Below are positions 53,415 through 63,069 of a DNA stretch of 64,000 bases, piece by piece. The notes under the pieces were generated by a model. That model made no database searches. It was not told the DNA's origin and was given only the letters and a program-made list of their open reading frames with translations. Source of the stretch: an uncultured Actinomycetes bacterium (GTDB lineage Bacteria > Actinomycetota > Thermoleophilia > Gaiellales > JAICJC01); NCBI GenBank assembly GCA_963809325.1, contig CAWEIZ010000008.1:126165-190164 (forward strand), read 5' to 3'. Made by a program: the position numbers and the translations under genes. Numbering within the stretch: position 1 is the first letter of the stretch; the number at the start of each line of letters is the position of its first letter.

Positions 53415-55435
53415 CCGTCACGGCCGCCGCGACCGTCGAGATCGACGGCCTCACCATCAGCTACCGCCGCCGGGGCCGGGCGCTGCGCGTGATCTCCGAC
53501 CTGTCGCTCACGATCCGTCCCGGCGAGGCGTACGGGCTCGTCGGCGAGTCGGGTTGCGGCAAGACGACGGTGGCGATGGCGCTCATGCGCTACCTGCCGC
53601 CGAACGCGGTGGTCGAGGGCGGGAGCATCCGGTTCGCCGGCGACGACCTGCTCGCCGCCCCGGCGGAGACGCTGCGGCGCTGGCGCGGCGACCGGATGGC
53701 GATGGTCTACCAGGATCCCGGCACGGCGCTCAACCCGTCGATCCGGGTCGGGAGCCAGATCGCCGAGGTGTACGAGCTCCACCGCGGGATGAAGCGTCGC
53801 GAGGCCATGGACGCCGCCGCGAGCATGCTCGAGACGGTGCAGATCTCGGATCCGGCCCGCGTGCTCCGACGCTATCCGCACGAGCTCTCGGGCGGCCAGC
53901 AGCAGCGGGTGATGTTCGCGATGGCGCTTGCAACCGACCCCGACCTGCTCGTGCTCGACGAGCCGACGACCGGGCTCGACGCGACCGTCGAGGCCGAGGT
54001 GCTCGACCTGGTCGAGCAGCTGCGCGAGGGCTTCGACGCCGCGATCCTCTTCGTCAGCCACAATCTGGGCGTCGTCGCGCGGGTGTGCGAGCGCGTCGGG
54101 GTCCTCTACGCCGGCCGCCTTGTGGAGCAGGGCCCGGCCCGTGAGCTCTTCACGGACCCGCGCCATCCGTACACGCTGGCGCTCCTGCGGTGCGCGCCAC
54201 GGCTCGGCATGAGCAAGGACGCCGACCGGCTCGACCCGATCCCCGGCTCGCTCCCGCCGCTCGGTGCCGACGTCCCCGGCTGCGTCTTCGCCGACCGCTG
54301 CCCGCTGGCCCGCGATGCGTGCCACGAGGCCCAGCCGCCCCTGGCGTCCGTGGGCGGCCCTCACCTGGCCGCCTGCCTCTTCCCCGACGAGGTGCCCGGG
54401 ATCCCGCACGCCGCCGCTGCCGGCGCCACCGCCGCGCCCGAGCTGGGAGACGCCCTGCTCGACGTCGGACGGCTCGCCAAGGCCTACAAGCTCGGCGGGA
54501 CCGAGCTGGTCGCGGTGGCCGGCGTCGACCTCGAGCTGCGGGTCGGCGAGGTGCTGGGGCTCGTGGGCGAGTCCGGCTCGGGAAAGACGTCGCTCGCGCG
54601 GTGCATCGCCGGGCTCGTCGAGCCGACCGAGGGCGCGGTGCGGTTCGACGGCCAGGACGTGACGGTGCGCGCCGAGCGCAGGAGCCGGGACGTCCGCCGG
54701 CGCCTTCAGATGATCTTCCAGAATCCCGACAACGCGCTCAACCCGAGGCACACGGTCCGCGCGATCCTGCGCCGGTCGCTGCGGCTCCTGGCCGGCGTGT
54801 CGGGCCGCGACCGGCAGGAGCAGGAGATGCTCAAGCTGGCGCGCTCCGTCCGGCTCGAGCCGCGCCACCTCGACGTTCGCCCGGCGGCGCTCTCCGGAGG
54901 CCTGAAGCAGCGGGTGGCGATCGCCCGGTCGTTCTCGGGCCGGCCCGCGCTCGTCCTCTGCGACGAGCCCACGTCGGCACTCGACGTCTCGGTGCAGGCC
55001 GCGATCCTGAACCTGCTGGTCGATCTCCAGCGCGAGGAGGGTGTCTCGTACATCTTCATCTCCCACGACCTGGCTGTCGTCCGGTATGTGGCCGACACGA
55101 TCGGTGTCATGTACCTCGGCCAGCTCGTCGACGTCGGGCCGGCCGCGTCGGTCTTCTCCGCGCCGCACCACCCGTACACCGAGGCGCTGCTCTCAGCGAT
55201 CCCGACGCTCGATCTCGACGCCCGCCCGCGCATCAAGCTCACCGGCCCGATCCCGAGCCCGGTCGACCCTCCGCCGGGGTGCCGGTTCCACACCCGCTGT
55301 CCGCGGTTCCTGGGCGAGGTCTGCCGCACGCAGGAGCCGCCGTGGCAGGAGGACGGCGACGGGCACCGCTACCGCTGTCACATCCCGCCGGTCGAGCTGG
55401 CCGGGTTGCAGGCGGACGCTACGACAGGTCGATGA
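53411..55435 (+). CDS. Fused DppD/F double ABC ATPase
   Basis: GESGCGKT and GESGSGKT; two LSGG motifs. Confidence 0.9.
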   Translation: MTVTAAATVEIDGLTISYRRRGRALRVISDLSLTIRPGEAYGLVGESGCGKTTVAMALMRYLPPNAVVEGGSIRFAGDDLLAAPAETLRRWRGDRMAMVYQDPGTALNPSIRVGSQIAEVYELHRGMKRREAMDAAASMLETVQISDPARVLRRYPHELSGGQQQRVMFAMALATDPDLLVLDEPTTGLDATVEAEVLDLVEQLREGFDAAILFVSHNLGVVARVCERVGVLYAGRLVEQGPARELFTDPRHPYTLALLRCAPRLGMSKDADRLDPIPGSLPPLGADVPGCVFADRCPLARDACHEAQPPLASVGGPHLAACLFPDEVPGIPHAAAAGATAAPELGDALLDVGRLAKAYKLGGTELVAVAGVDLELRVGEVLGLVGESGSGKTSLARCIAGLVEPTEGAVRFDGQDVTVRAERRSRDVRRRLQMIFQNPDNALNPRHTVRAILRRSLRLLAGVSGRDRQEQEMLKLARSVRLEPRHLDVRPAALSGGLKQRVAIARSFSGRPALVLCDEPTSALDVSVQAAILNLLVDLQREEGVSYIFISHDLAVVRYVADTIGVMYLGQLVDVGPAASVFSAPHHPYTEALLSAIPTLDLDARPRIKLTGPIPSPVDPPPGCRFHTRCPRFLGEVCRTQEPPWQEDGDGHRYRCHIPPVELAGLQADATTGR

Positions 55436-56519
55436 GCGTGCGGGCGCCCGTGCCGTCGAGCATGTCGGCGAACGCGCGGTCGACCTCGTCGAGCGGGTAG
55501 ACGGCGCCCATCAGCCGGTCGAGCTGGAGCCGGCCCGCCATGTGCAGGTCGATCAGCATCGGCATGTCGGTGTGCGGCCGGCAGGAGCCGTAGAGGCACC
55601 CCATGACCGTCTTCTCGTCGCGCACGAGCTCGGGGCCGGGGAACTCGACCATGGCGCCGGCCGGCGGCAGCCCGACGCACACCAGCGTGCCGCCGCGCCG
55701 GACCGCGTTGAAGGCCGCGGTGGCGGCGCCGGGTGCGCCCGACGACTCGACGGCGCAGTCGGCTCCCCGTCCACCCGTCAGCTCCCGCACGGCCGCGGCC
55801 GGATCGCCGGCGCTGGGGTCGACCGCGTGCGCGGCGCCCAGCTCGAGCGCCAGAGCTCGGCGCGCCGGCCCGGGGTCGACGGCGATGATCGTGCCGGCAC
55901 CCGAGAGGACGCCGGCCTGCACCGCCGACAGGCCGACGCCGCCCACCCCGAAGACGGCCAGTGAGCTCCCGGGTGCCGGCCGGGCCCGGTTGACGACCGC
56001 GCCGACGCCCGTCGCGATGGCGCAGCCGACGAGCGCTGCGACGCGAAGCGGCGCGTCGCGGCGGATCCGCACGCAGCTCGCCTCCGGCACCACCGTGCGC
56101 TCTGCGAAGGTCGACAGGAACGAGTAGTGGTGCACGGGGCGCCCGTCGAGCGAGAGGCGGGTGGTCCCGTCGAGGAGCGTCCCCGCGAGCAGGGCGGGCG
56201 CCGCGACGTCGCACAGCGTGAGCCGCCCGCTTGTGCAGTGCGCGCAGCGACCGCAGTACGGGAGCCACGAGAGCACGACGTGGTCTCCCGGCGACACCGA
56301 GTCGACCCCCGGGCCCACGCGCTCGACGACGCCCGCGCCCTCGTGCCCGAGGACCGCCGGGAGCGGGCTGGGCGTGTCGCCGGTGACGGTGCTCCAGTCG
56401 CTGCGACAGACGCCGCTCGCATGCAGCCGCACCTCGACCTCCGCCAGCCCCGGCGGTGCGAGGTCGAGCTCCTCGATCGCGAACGGCCTGCGGTGCTCGT
56501 GAAGGACGGCGGCGCGCAT
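55419..56519 (-). CDS. Zn-dependent alcohol dehydrogenase
   Basis: GVCRSD, GHEGAG, CGRCAHC, GVGGVG. Confidence 0.9.
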   Translation of the reverse strand: MRAAVLHEHRRPFAIEELDLAPPGLAEVEVRLHASGVCRSDWSTVTGDTPSPLPAVLGHEGAGVVERVGPGVDSVSPGDHVVLSWLPYCGRCAHCTSGRLTLCDVAAPALLAGTLLDGTTRLSLDGRPVHHYSFLSTFAERTVVPEASCVRIRRDAPLRVAALVGCAIATGVGAVVNRARPAPGSSLAVFGVGGVGLSAVQAGVLSGAGTIIAVDPGPARRALALELGAAHAVDPSAGDPAAAVRELTGGRGADCAVESSGAPGAATAAFNAVRRGGTLVCVGLPPAGAMVEFPGPELVRDEKTVMGCLYGSCRPHTDMPMLIDLHMAGRLQLDRLMGAVYPLDEVDRAFADMLDGTGARTLIDLS

Positions 56520-56545
56520 CTCGACTCGGGTTGTACCATCGCCGC

Positions 56546-57547
56546 ATGCTGAGGGACGAGGCAGCGCGGGCGCCGGTCGAGTACCACCAGGTTCTGTGCC
56601 CGCCCGTGCCGGAGCCGCCGTTCCACGACCCCGGCGAGCTGGAGCGCGTCTGGGGCGCGCAATGGGGATCGCATGACGAGGTCGGCCCGCTCCGGGATGT
56701 GCTCATGCGCCGCCCGGGCGACGAGCTCGCCCAGGTGCGGGCGGACGCGTGGGACGAGAGCGCCCAGGCGCTGGTCGACCCGGCCGGCGGCTGGTACTGG
56801 ACCGACCGCACGCCGCCCGACCTCGACCTCGTTCACGCCCAGCACCGCGGCCTGGTGGAGGCGCTGGAGGCGGAGGGCGTCGACGTGCACTTCGCCGATC
56901 CGCTTCCGCCGCGCTTCACGAAGGCGATCTACACGCGCGATCCGCTGGTGTCCGTCCCGGGCGGGGTCGTCATCGGGCGGATGGCGCCGCTCATGCGCCG
57001 CGGGGAGGAGGCGAGCGTGACCCGGGCGGTCGCCGCGCTCGGGATCCCGATCCTCCAGACGATCATCGGCGCCGGGATGCTCGAGGGCGGGACGTTCGTC
57101 AAGCTGACGCCGCGAGTCGCCGCGTTCGGGACGTCGATCCGCTGCAACGCCGAGGCGGCCGACCAGCTGCGCGAGCTCCTGGCGCGGATGGGCATCGAGC
57201 TGATCGTGGTGCCGATGGGCGGGTTCTCGATCCACATCGACGCCCACTTCGGGATGGTCGACGTGGACAAGGCGCTCGTCGACGCCCCCGGGCTGCCGCA
57301 CTGGTTCCTCGACCGGCTCGGCGAGCTCGGCATCGAGCCGATCTGGTGTCACCCCGGCGAGGAGTGGGGGATCAACTGCCTGACGGTGCGGCCGGGCCGC
57401 GTGATCATGCCCGACGACTCGCCGCGTACCGCCGAGCTGCTCGAGCGGCGCGGCATCGAGGTCGTCCGGATCCCGTACTTCGAGCTCCACAAGAACGGCG
57501 GCGGCATCCACTGCTCCACCATGGAGCTGCGCCGCGACCCCGCGTGA
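56546..57547 (+). CDS. Amidinotransferase/dimethylargininase family protein
   Basis: YTRD, LEGG, HID, GGIHCST. Confidence 0.85.
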   Translation: MLRDEAARAPVEYHQVLCPPVPEPPFHDPGELERVWGAQWGSHDEVGPLRDVLMRRPGDELAQVRADAWDESAQALVDPAGGWYWTDRTPPDLDLVHAQHRGLVEALEAEGVDVHFADPLPPRFTKAIYTRDPLVSVPGGVVIGRMAPLMRRGEEASVTRAVAALGIPILQTIIGAGMLEGGTFVKLTPRVAAFGTSIRCNAEAADQLRELLARMGIELIVVPMGGFSIHIDAHFGMVDVDKALVDAPGLPHWFLDRLGELGIEPIWCHPGEEWGINCLTVRPGRVIMPDDSPRTAELLERRGIEVVRIPYFELHKNGGGIHCSTMELRRDPA

Positions 57548-57625
57548 AACACCGGTGCCTGATGCCAATGTTTCACGCCTTGCCGTGAAACACCGGTGCC
57601 TGATGCCAATGTTTCACGCCTTGCC
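57544..57625. repeat. Perfect 2 x 41-bp tandem repeat with internal palindrome between convergent genes
   Basis: GTGAAACACCGGTGCCTGATGCCAATGTTTCACGCCTTGCC at 57544 and 57585. Confidence 0.9.
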
Positions 57626-58990
57626 GGGGTTGAGCAGGCCCTTCGGGTCGAACGCCCGCTTGATCTCGGCGTTCAGCCGCTGAGCCGCCGGGCCGAGCTG
57701 GTCGGCGAGGTGCGACCGCTTCAGGAGCCCGACGCCGTGCTCGCCCGTGATCGTGCCACCGAGGGCCAGGGCCAGGTCGAAGAGCTCCTCGCACGCCACC
57801 TCCGCGCGGGCATGGTCGTCGGCGCTTTCGGGCGCCACGAGGAAGCTCGTATGCAGGTTCCCGTCGCCGGCGTGCCCCCAGCTCATGGTCTCGACGCCGT
57901 GCCGGGCCCCGATCTCGGCCGACCCGCGGATTGCGTCGGCGAGCCGGTCGACGGGGACGGCGACGTCCTCGGCGAGCTTGCCGCCGCGGACGGCGGTGAC
58001 GCGCGGCGAGATGGAGTCGCGCCAGCGCCAGAGGATGGGGATGTCGTCCCCGTCCGGCGTTGCGATCCACGTCGCCCCGGCCGCGGCCAGCGCCTCGCGC
58101 AGCGCCTCGCGGCCGGCGGCGGCCTCGGCCGCGGATCCGTCGGCCTCGGCGATGACCAGGAACCCGTGGCCGGGCGGGCCTCCCGGGAAGTCGTGCCCGG
58201 TCGCGGCCAGGGCCGGCTCGTCGACGTACTCGATGCACGCGGGAACGACGCCGCTTCCCATCAGCGCCTCCACGGCGGTGCAGCCGGCCTCCACGCCGGC
58301 GAAGAGCGCTGCGATCGGCAGCGCCGTCTCGACCGCCGGGATGAGCCGGAGCCAGGCCGCCGTGACGATCCCCAGCGTGCCCTCCGAGCCGGCGAGCAGC
58401 CCGACCAGGTCGTACCCGGCGACGTTCTTCCGCACGGGCCCGCCGGTCGTCACGATCTCGCCCGGCGGGATCACGGCCTCGATCCCCGTCACCCACGCCC
58501 GGGTCGTGCCGTACTTGAAGGCGTGCGGGCCGCCCGCGTTCGTTGCCACGTTGCCGCCGATCTGCGACTGCTCAGCCGCGCCCGGATCCGGCGGGAACCA
58601 GAGGCCGCTCCCGCGGACGATCCGGCGCAGCTCCGCAGTCGGGAGCCCTGCCTCGACGTGGATCCGCCATTGCAGCGGATCGAAGGCCCGCACGCGCGCC
58701 ATCCGCGCCGTGCTGAGGACGATCCCGCCCTGCGGGACGGCGCCGCCCGCGAACCCCGTCCCGCCTCCCCGAGTCGTGATCGGGACGTCCTCGGCGTAGC
58801 AGTGTGCGAGGACGGCGGCCACCTCCTCGGCCGAGCCGGGGAGGACGACGGCTTCGGCGCGACCCTCGAGCCCGCGCCCGGCGGTGCCGTCGGAGAGGTA
58901 CTCGCGCGGCGCGGGCGCGAGAACGTTGGCGGCGCCGACGATCGCCGCGAGCGCCTGGTGATGCCGTTCGGCGTCCACTCCTGCCATCAT
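57614..58990 (-). CDS. FAD-linked oxidase (GlcD-like)
   Basis: RGGGT, GGNVATNAGG, GHAGDGNLH, GEHGVG, LNPGK. Confidence 0.9.
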   Translation of the reverse strand: MMAGVDAERHHQALAAIVGAANVLAPAPREYLSDGTAGRGLEGRAEAVVLPGSAEEVAAVLAHCYAEDVPITTRGGGTGFAGGAVPQGGIVLSTARMARVRAFDPLQWRIHVEAGLPTAELRRIVRGSGLWFPPDPGAAEQSQIGGNVATNAGGPHAFKYGTTRAWVTGIEAVIPPGEIVTTGGPVRKNVAGYDLVGLLAGSEGTLGIVTAAWLRLIPAVETALPIAALFAGVEAGCTAVEALMGSGVVPACIEYVDEPALAATGHDFPGGPPGHGFLVIAEADGSAAEAAAGREALREALAAAGATWIATPDGDDIPILWRWRDSISPRVTAVRGGKLAEDVAVPVDRLADAIRGSAEIGARHGVETMSWGHAGDGNLHTSFLVAPESADDHARAEVACEELFDLALALGGTITGEHGVGLLKRSHLADQLGPAAQRLNAEIKRAFDPKGLLNPGKA

Positions 58991-58998
58991 GCCAGGCG

Positions 58999-59937
58999 AT
59001 GATCGCCGTGACGTTCCTCGGTGCCGGTGGCCCGGAGGTGATGTCCGTCGGCGAGCGGCCCGACCCGGTGCCGCTGCCGTCGGAGGTGCTGGTGCGGGTC
59101 ACGCACGCCGGCCTCAATCCGGCCGACCTCGTCCAGCGCGCCGGGAACTATCCGGCCCCGCCCGGCTCCCCCGCCGACATCCCGGGGCTCGAGGTTGCGG
59201 GGACGGTCATCGCCTGCGGCGAGGCGGTCACGACGTGGCGTGCCGGCGACCGCGTGTTCGGGCTCGTCGGCGGGGGCGGGCTCGCCGACATGGTCGCGGT
59301 TCACGAGCGCCACCTTGCGCGGATCCCCGACGATCTGACCGATCGGGAGGCGGCCGCGGTGCCGGAGGCGTTCATCACCGCCCACGACGCCGTCTTCACC
59401 AGAGCGGGGCTCGTGCTCGGAGAGACGCTGCTCGTGAACGGCGCATCAGGAGGCGTGGGAACGGCCGCCGTCCAGCTCGGTGTCGCAGCCGGCGTGCGCG
59501 TGCTCGCCAACGCACGGTCCCACCGCGAGGCCCTGACCGACCTCGGCGCCGAGCCCTGCCAGCTTTCCGAGGCGCGCGGCGTCGACGTCGTGCTCGAGCT
59601 CGTCGGAGCGGCGAACCTCCCGGGAAGCCTCGAGGCGCTCGCCGTCCGCGGGCGCATCATCGTCGTCGGGACGGGTGCGGGCGCCGACGCCGAGCTGTCG
59701 CTCCGCGCGCTCATGGGCCGCCGCGCCAGCCTCATGGGCACGGTTCTCCGCGCGCGGCCGATGGAGGAGAAGGCGGCCGCGGTGCAGGCGTTCGCCCGCT
59801 CCGTCGTGCCGCACCTGGCGGCAGGCCGCGTCCGGCCCGTGATCGACCGTGTGTTTCCCATCGCCGATGCCGTGGCAGCCTTCGACCACCTCGCCGCCCC
59901 GGGCAAGCTCGGCAAGGTGCTGCTCGAGCTGACGTAG
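58999..59937 (+). CDS. NADPH:quinone oxidoreductase (MDR family)
   Basis: LNPAD, PGLE.AG, GASGGVG. Confidence 0.9.
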   Translation: MIAVTFLGAGGPEVMSVGERPDPVPLPSEVLVRVTHAGLNPADLVQRAGNYPAPPGSPADIPGLEVAGTVIACGEAVTTWRAGDRVFGLVGGGGLADMVAVHERHLARIPDDLTDREAAAVPEAFITAHDAVFTRAGLVLGETLLVNGASGGVGTAAVQLGVAAGVRVLANARSHREALTDLGAEPCQLSEARGVDVVLELVGAANLPGSLEALAVRGRIIVVGTGAGADAELSLRALMGRRASLMGTVLRARPMEEKAAAVQAFARSVVPHLAAGRVRPVIDRVFPIADAVAAFDHLAAPGKLGKVLLELT

Positions 59938-60785
59938 TGGCGGGTGCCGCGCGTCCGGCGACGCCGGACGACCTTGACGCCGTGCTGGCTCTCCAGCGGG
60001 CATGGAACGAGGTGGTCTACGGCGATCCCCGGACGACGCGCGAGATGCTCGCCGCCCACTGGCCCCACGGCGGGCATTGGGTCGTGGAGGCGGGCCCCGG
60101 GGTGGTCGACGGCTACGGCGTTGTCGACTCCGGAGGCGGGTTCGAGGTGTGGGTCAGCCCTGGTGTCGCGGTGGACGCCATGGGCCGTGAGCTCGTCCTG
60201 GCGATCGAGGAGCACCATCCCGGGCGTCTCGAGACGGTCGTCCCGGCCTGGGCGCGTGGCCTCTGCAGGCTGCTCGATCGCCTCGGGTTCGAGCTGGTCA
60301 CGGAGGTGCTCGAGATGGCAGTCGAGCTTCGCCCTCCGCTCCCGGAGCCCGACTGGCCCGCCGGCGTGCGCCTGCGGCCGTTCGACGCCGAGCGCGACGC
60401 TGCGGACGTGCATGCCTGCCTGGTCGAGGCCTTCGCGGGGAGCGACGAGCGGGTTGCTCCGTTCGAGGAGTGGCTGCCGTGGCTCCTCGGCGACCCGTCG
60501 TACGACCCGGCGCTCGTGTTCGTCGCCGAGGAGGACGGCCGCATCGCCGGCATCGCGCAGTGCTGGATCGAGGGCTTCGTGAAGGACCTGGCCGTCCGGC
60601 CTGCCTATCGGGGCCGGGGCCTGGGGCAGGCGCTCCTCCGGGCGGTCTTCGCCGAGTTCGCGCGCCGGGGAGTCGCCCAGGTCCGGCTCAAGGTCGACGC
60701 CGGCAATCCGACCGGCGCGGTGCGCATCTACCGGCGTTTGGGGATGGACGAGCTGCGCCGCTACGCGGTCTACGCGCGCGGCTGA
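59937..60785 (+). CDS. GNAT family acetyltransferase
   Basis: LAVRPAYRGRGLG; NPTGAVRIY..LGM. Confidence 0.85.
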   Translation: MAGAARPATPDDLDAVLALQRAWNEVVYGDPRTTREMLAAHWPHGGHWVVEAGPGVVDGYGVVDSGGGFEVWVSPGVAVDAMGRELVLAIEEHHPGRLETVVPAWARGLCRLLDRLGFELVTEVLEMAVELRPPLPEPDWPAGVRLRPFDAERDAADVHACLVEAFAGSDERVAPFEEWLPWLLGDPSYDPALVFVAEEDGRIAGIAQCWIEGFVKDLAVRPAYRGRGLGQALLRAVFAEFARRGVAQVRLKVDAGNPTGAVRIYRRLGMDELRRYAVYARG

Positions 60786-61741
60786 GCCGCCGTCGAGCGG
60801 CGGGGCCGGAGCCGGGGCGGCACGACGACCTCGCCCATCCGGCGGCCGTCGTCGATCGCGCCGATCAGCATCGACACGGCCGCTGCGGCCGCCGCGGCCG
60901 TGTCCCAGCTCACGCTCGTGAGCGGCGGAGCGACGAGTGCCGACAGCGGATGGTCGTCGAAGCCGGCGACGGCGACGTCCCCGGGAACGCCGAGCCCGAG
61001 GTCGGCGCAGGCCATGTATGCGCCGTACGCCAGCGCGTCCGAGAGCGCGAACACCGCGGTGGGCGCGTCCTCGCGGTCGAGCGCGCGGCGGGCCGCACTG
61101 CGGCCGTCGGCGGTCGAGAAGCCGCATCGCAGCGTGCGGACCCCGGCCGATCGCTGTGGCCGGTGCGGGCCCGCGGTGAGCACCAGGATCCGGCGATGTC
61201 CAGCCGTCCGCAGATGGTCGATGACGAGCCGGATGCCGGCGTCCGAGGCGAAGCGGATTGCCCCGGCCGGCGGGGAGAGCGGCACGCCGACGGCGACGGT
61301 CGGAAGCGAGCGGACGACCGGCAGCCAGCGCGGCGAACCGGGGTCGACGGGGAGCGCCACCAGGCCGTCCACGCGCTGATCCGACAGGCTCTCGGCGAGC
61401 TCGATCTCGGCGGCCGCGTCGCCGCCGGCGTCGGCGAGCAGCATGTGGCGGCCGTGGCGGCGCAGGCAGCGCTGCAGCTCCGAGGCGAACTCCTGGTGCC
61501 AGAAGTCCTCCAGGCTGCCGCCGATCATGCCGACGAGTCCGGTCGAGCCTCCGCGGAGGGCACGTGCGATCGGGTCCGACCGGAATCCGATGCGCGCCGC
61601 CTCGGCACGCACGCGGGCCTCGGTCTCGGTCGAGACGCGCTGGCCGCGGAGCGCATACGACACCCCGGCCTGGGAGAGGCCCGTCGCGGCCGCCAGATCG
61701 CGAAGGGTGGCCCGCTTGCGTCTGGTCGAGCTGTCCGCCAC
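60770..61741 (-). CDS. LacI-family transcriptional regulator
   Basis: ATLRDLA..GLS..VSYAL; VAGFDD..PPLTSV. Confidence 0.9.
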   Translation of the reverse strand: MADSSTRRKRATLRDLAAATGLSQAGVSYALRGQRVSTETEARVRAEAARIGFRSDPIARALRGGSTGLVGMIGGSLEDFWHQEFASELQRCLRRHGRHMLLADAGGDAAAEIELAESLSDQRVDGLVALPVDPGSPRWLPVVRSLPTVAVGVPLSPPAGAIRFASDAGIRLVIDHLRTAGHRRILVLTAGPHRPQRSAGVRTLRCGFSTADGRSAARRALDREDAPTAVFALSDALAYGAYMACADLGLGVPGDVAVAGFDDHPLSALVAPPLTSVSWDTAAAAAAAVSMLIGAIDDGRRMGEVVVPPRLRPRRSTAAQPRA

Positions 61742-61746
61742 AATGC

Positions 61747-61762
61747 TGTTAATCGTTTCACA
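61747..61762. promoter_or_regulatory. LacI-type operator TGTTAATCGTTTCACA
   Basis: Imperfect palindrome with central CG between the LacI gene and the divergent dioxygenase gene. Confidence 0.65.
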
Positions 61763-61780
61763 GAGATCCGGGAGCCGCAA

Positions 61781-62317
61781 ATGGACGCTACGACGGACAC
61801 CGCCCTCGCCCGCTGGTTCGGAGGGCGGCTGCCGGCCTCGGGAGCTCTCAAGCCGGCCGGCCTGCTCGCGCTCGCCGAGGAGCTCGCAGCCCGCCCCGAC
61901 CTCTGGGGGGATGCCGTGCGCCACGACGAGCACCGGCGGGTGTACACGCGGATCCACCGTAACCCGGTGCTCGATGTGTGGTTGATCTGCTGGTCGGGGA
62001 CCCAGGACACGGGCCTGCACGACCACGATCTCTCGTCCGGAGCCGTCCGCGTCGTCACCGGCGAGCTCGCCGAAGACCGGCTCGTCCTCGGAGCGCCCGG
62101 CCTCGTCACGTCGACCCATGCGGCGGCCGAGGGGTTCTGCTTCGACTCGTCACGCATCCACGACGTCCGAAACGCCGGCTCCGCCGCGTCGGTGTCGCTC
62201 CATCTCTACTCGCCGCCGCTGGAGCGGATGGGGTACTACGAGATCGCCGAGGGCGGGTACATCGCCAGGCGGAACGCGCCGGCATCGGAGGAGCTGCCGG
62301 AGCCCGCCGGCGCCTGA
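61781..62317 (+). CDS. Cysteine dioxygenase family protein
   Basis: W..Q.T.LHDH, IHDV, SLHLYSPPL. Confidence 0.85.
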   Translation: MDATTDTALARWFGGRLPASGALKPAGLLALAEELAARPDLWGDAVRHDEHRRVYTRIHRNPVLDVWLICWSGTQDTGLHDHDLSSGAVRVVTGELAEDRLVLGAPGLVTSTHAAAEGFCFDSSRIHDVRNAGSAASVSLHLYSPPLERMGYYEIAEGGYIARRNAPASEELPEPAGA

Positions 62318-62321
62318 GCCG

Positions 62322-63050
62322 TCAGCCGGCCCGCGTGCCCCAGACGATGACGCCGCCGCCGAGGCTGAGCCGGCGCGCACGGATCTGCTCCATCCCGGCC
62401 GCAGCCCACCACCCGAGGACCTCGTCCAGCGGATGCTCGTGCCAGAACCGCTCGATGCTCGGGCCGAGAAACCGTCCCGTGCGGATCCACGCCGCGCCGC
62501 CCGGGGCGCCGAAGAGGGGCAGGCCGGCGCGCGTCCAGATCCGCCAGGCCGGGAGCGCCAGGCCCCGCGGAACGCCGAACTCGAGCGACGCCATCATGCC
62601 CCCGGGCCGGATCGCGCCCGCGAGCGCGGCGAGCGTCGCCGGGGGGTCGTCGACGTAGCGCAGGAGGTAGGTGTGCGTCAGGGCGTCGACTGAGCCGGCC
62701 GCAACGGGGAGCCGCTCGGCCTGGCCCTCGACGAGGTCGATCCGGCCGGCGAGCCCGGCCGCCTCGACCCGGCGCGCGCCGCCGGCGAGCATCTCCGGGC
62801 TCTGGTCGACGCCGACGACGCGGCACGGGTACCGGCGCGCGAGCGCGATGGCGACCGCCGCGGTGCCGGTCGCGACATCGGCCACGACCGCCCCCTCGCG
62901 ATCCGCGGCCGGCGCGATGGTCTCGATCATGAGGTCGTGCCAGCGGCGGTCCTGGCCGAAGGAGAGGAGCTGCGCCCAGCGGTCGTAGTCGCCCGCGATG
63001 CCCGCGAAGAGCGAGCGGGCGTGGGCCTTGCGGTCGGAGGTGGCGGTCAC
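62322..63050 (-). CDS. UbiE/MenG-like SAM methyltransferase
   Basis: IAGDYD, DVATGT, GVDQS..ML. Confidence 0.85.
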   Translation of the reverse strand: MTATSDRKAHARSLFAGIAGDYDRWAQLLSFGQDRRWHDLMIETIAPAADREGAVVADVATGTAAVAIALARRYPCRVVGVDQSPEMLAGGARRVEAAGLAGRIDLVEGQAERLPVAAGSVDALTHTYLLRYVDDPPATLAALAGAIRPGGMMASLEFGVPRGLALPAWRIWTRAGLPLFGAPGGAAWIRTGRFLGPSIERFWHEHPLDEVLGWWAAAGMEQIRARRLSLGGGVIVWGTRAG

Positions 63051-63069
63051 CCGCAGTACGATCGCACAC

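Noticed and set aside
57569-57592. TGTTTCACG..CGTGAAACA as a parS site
   Set aside because: Half-sites are separated by extra bases rather than abutting as in TGTTTCACGTGAAACA.
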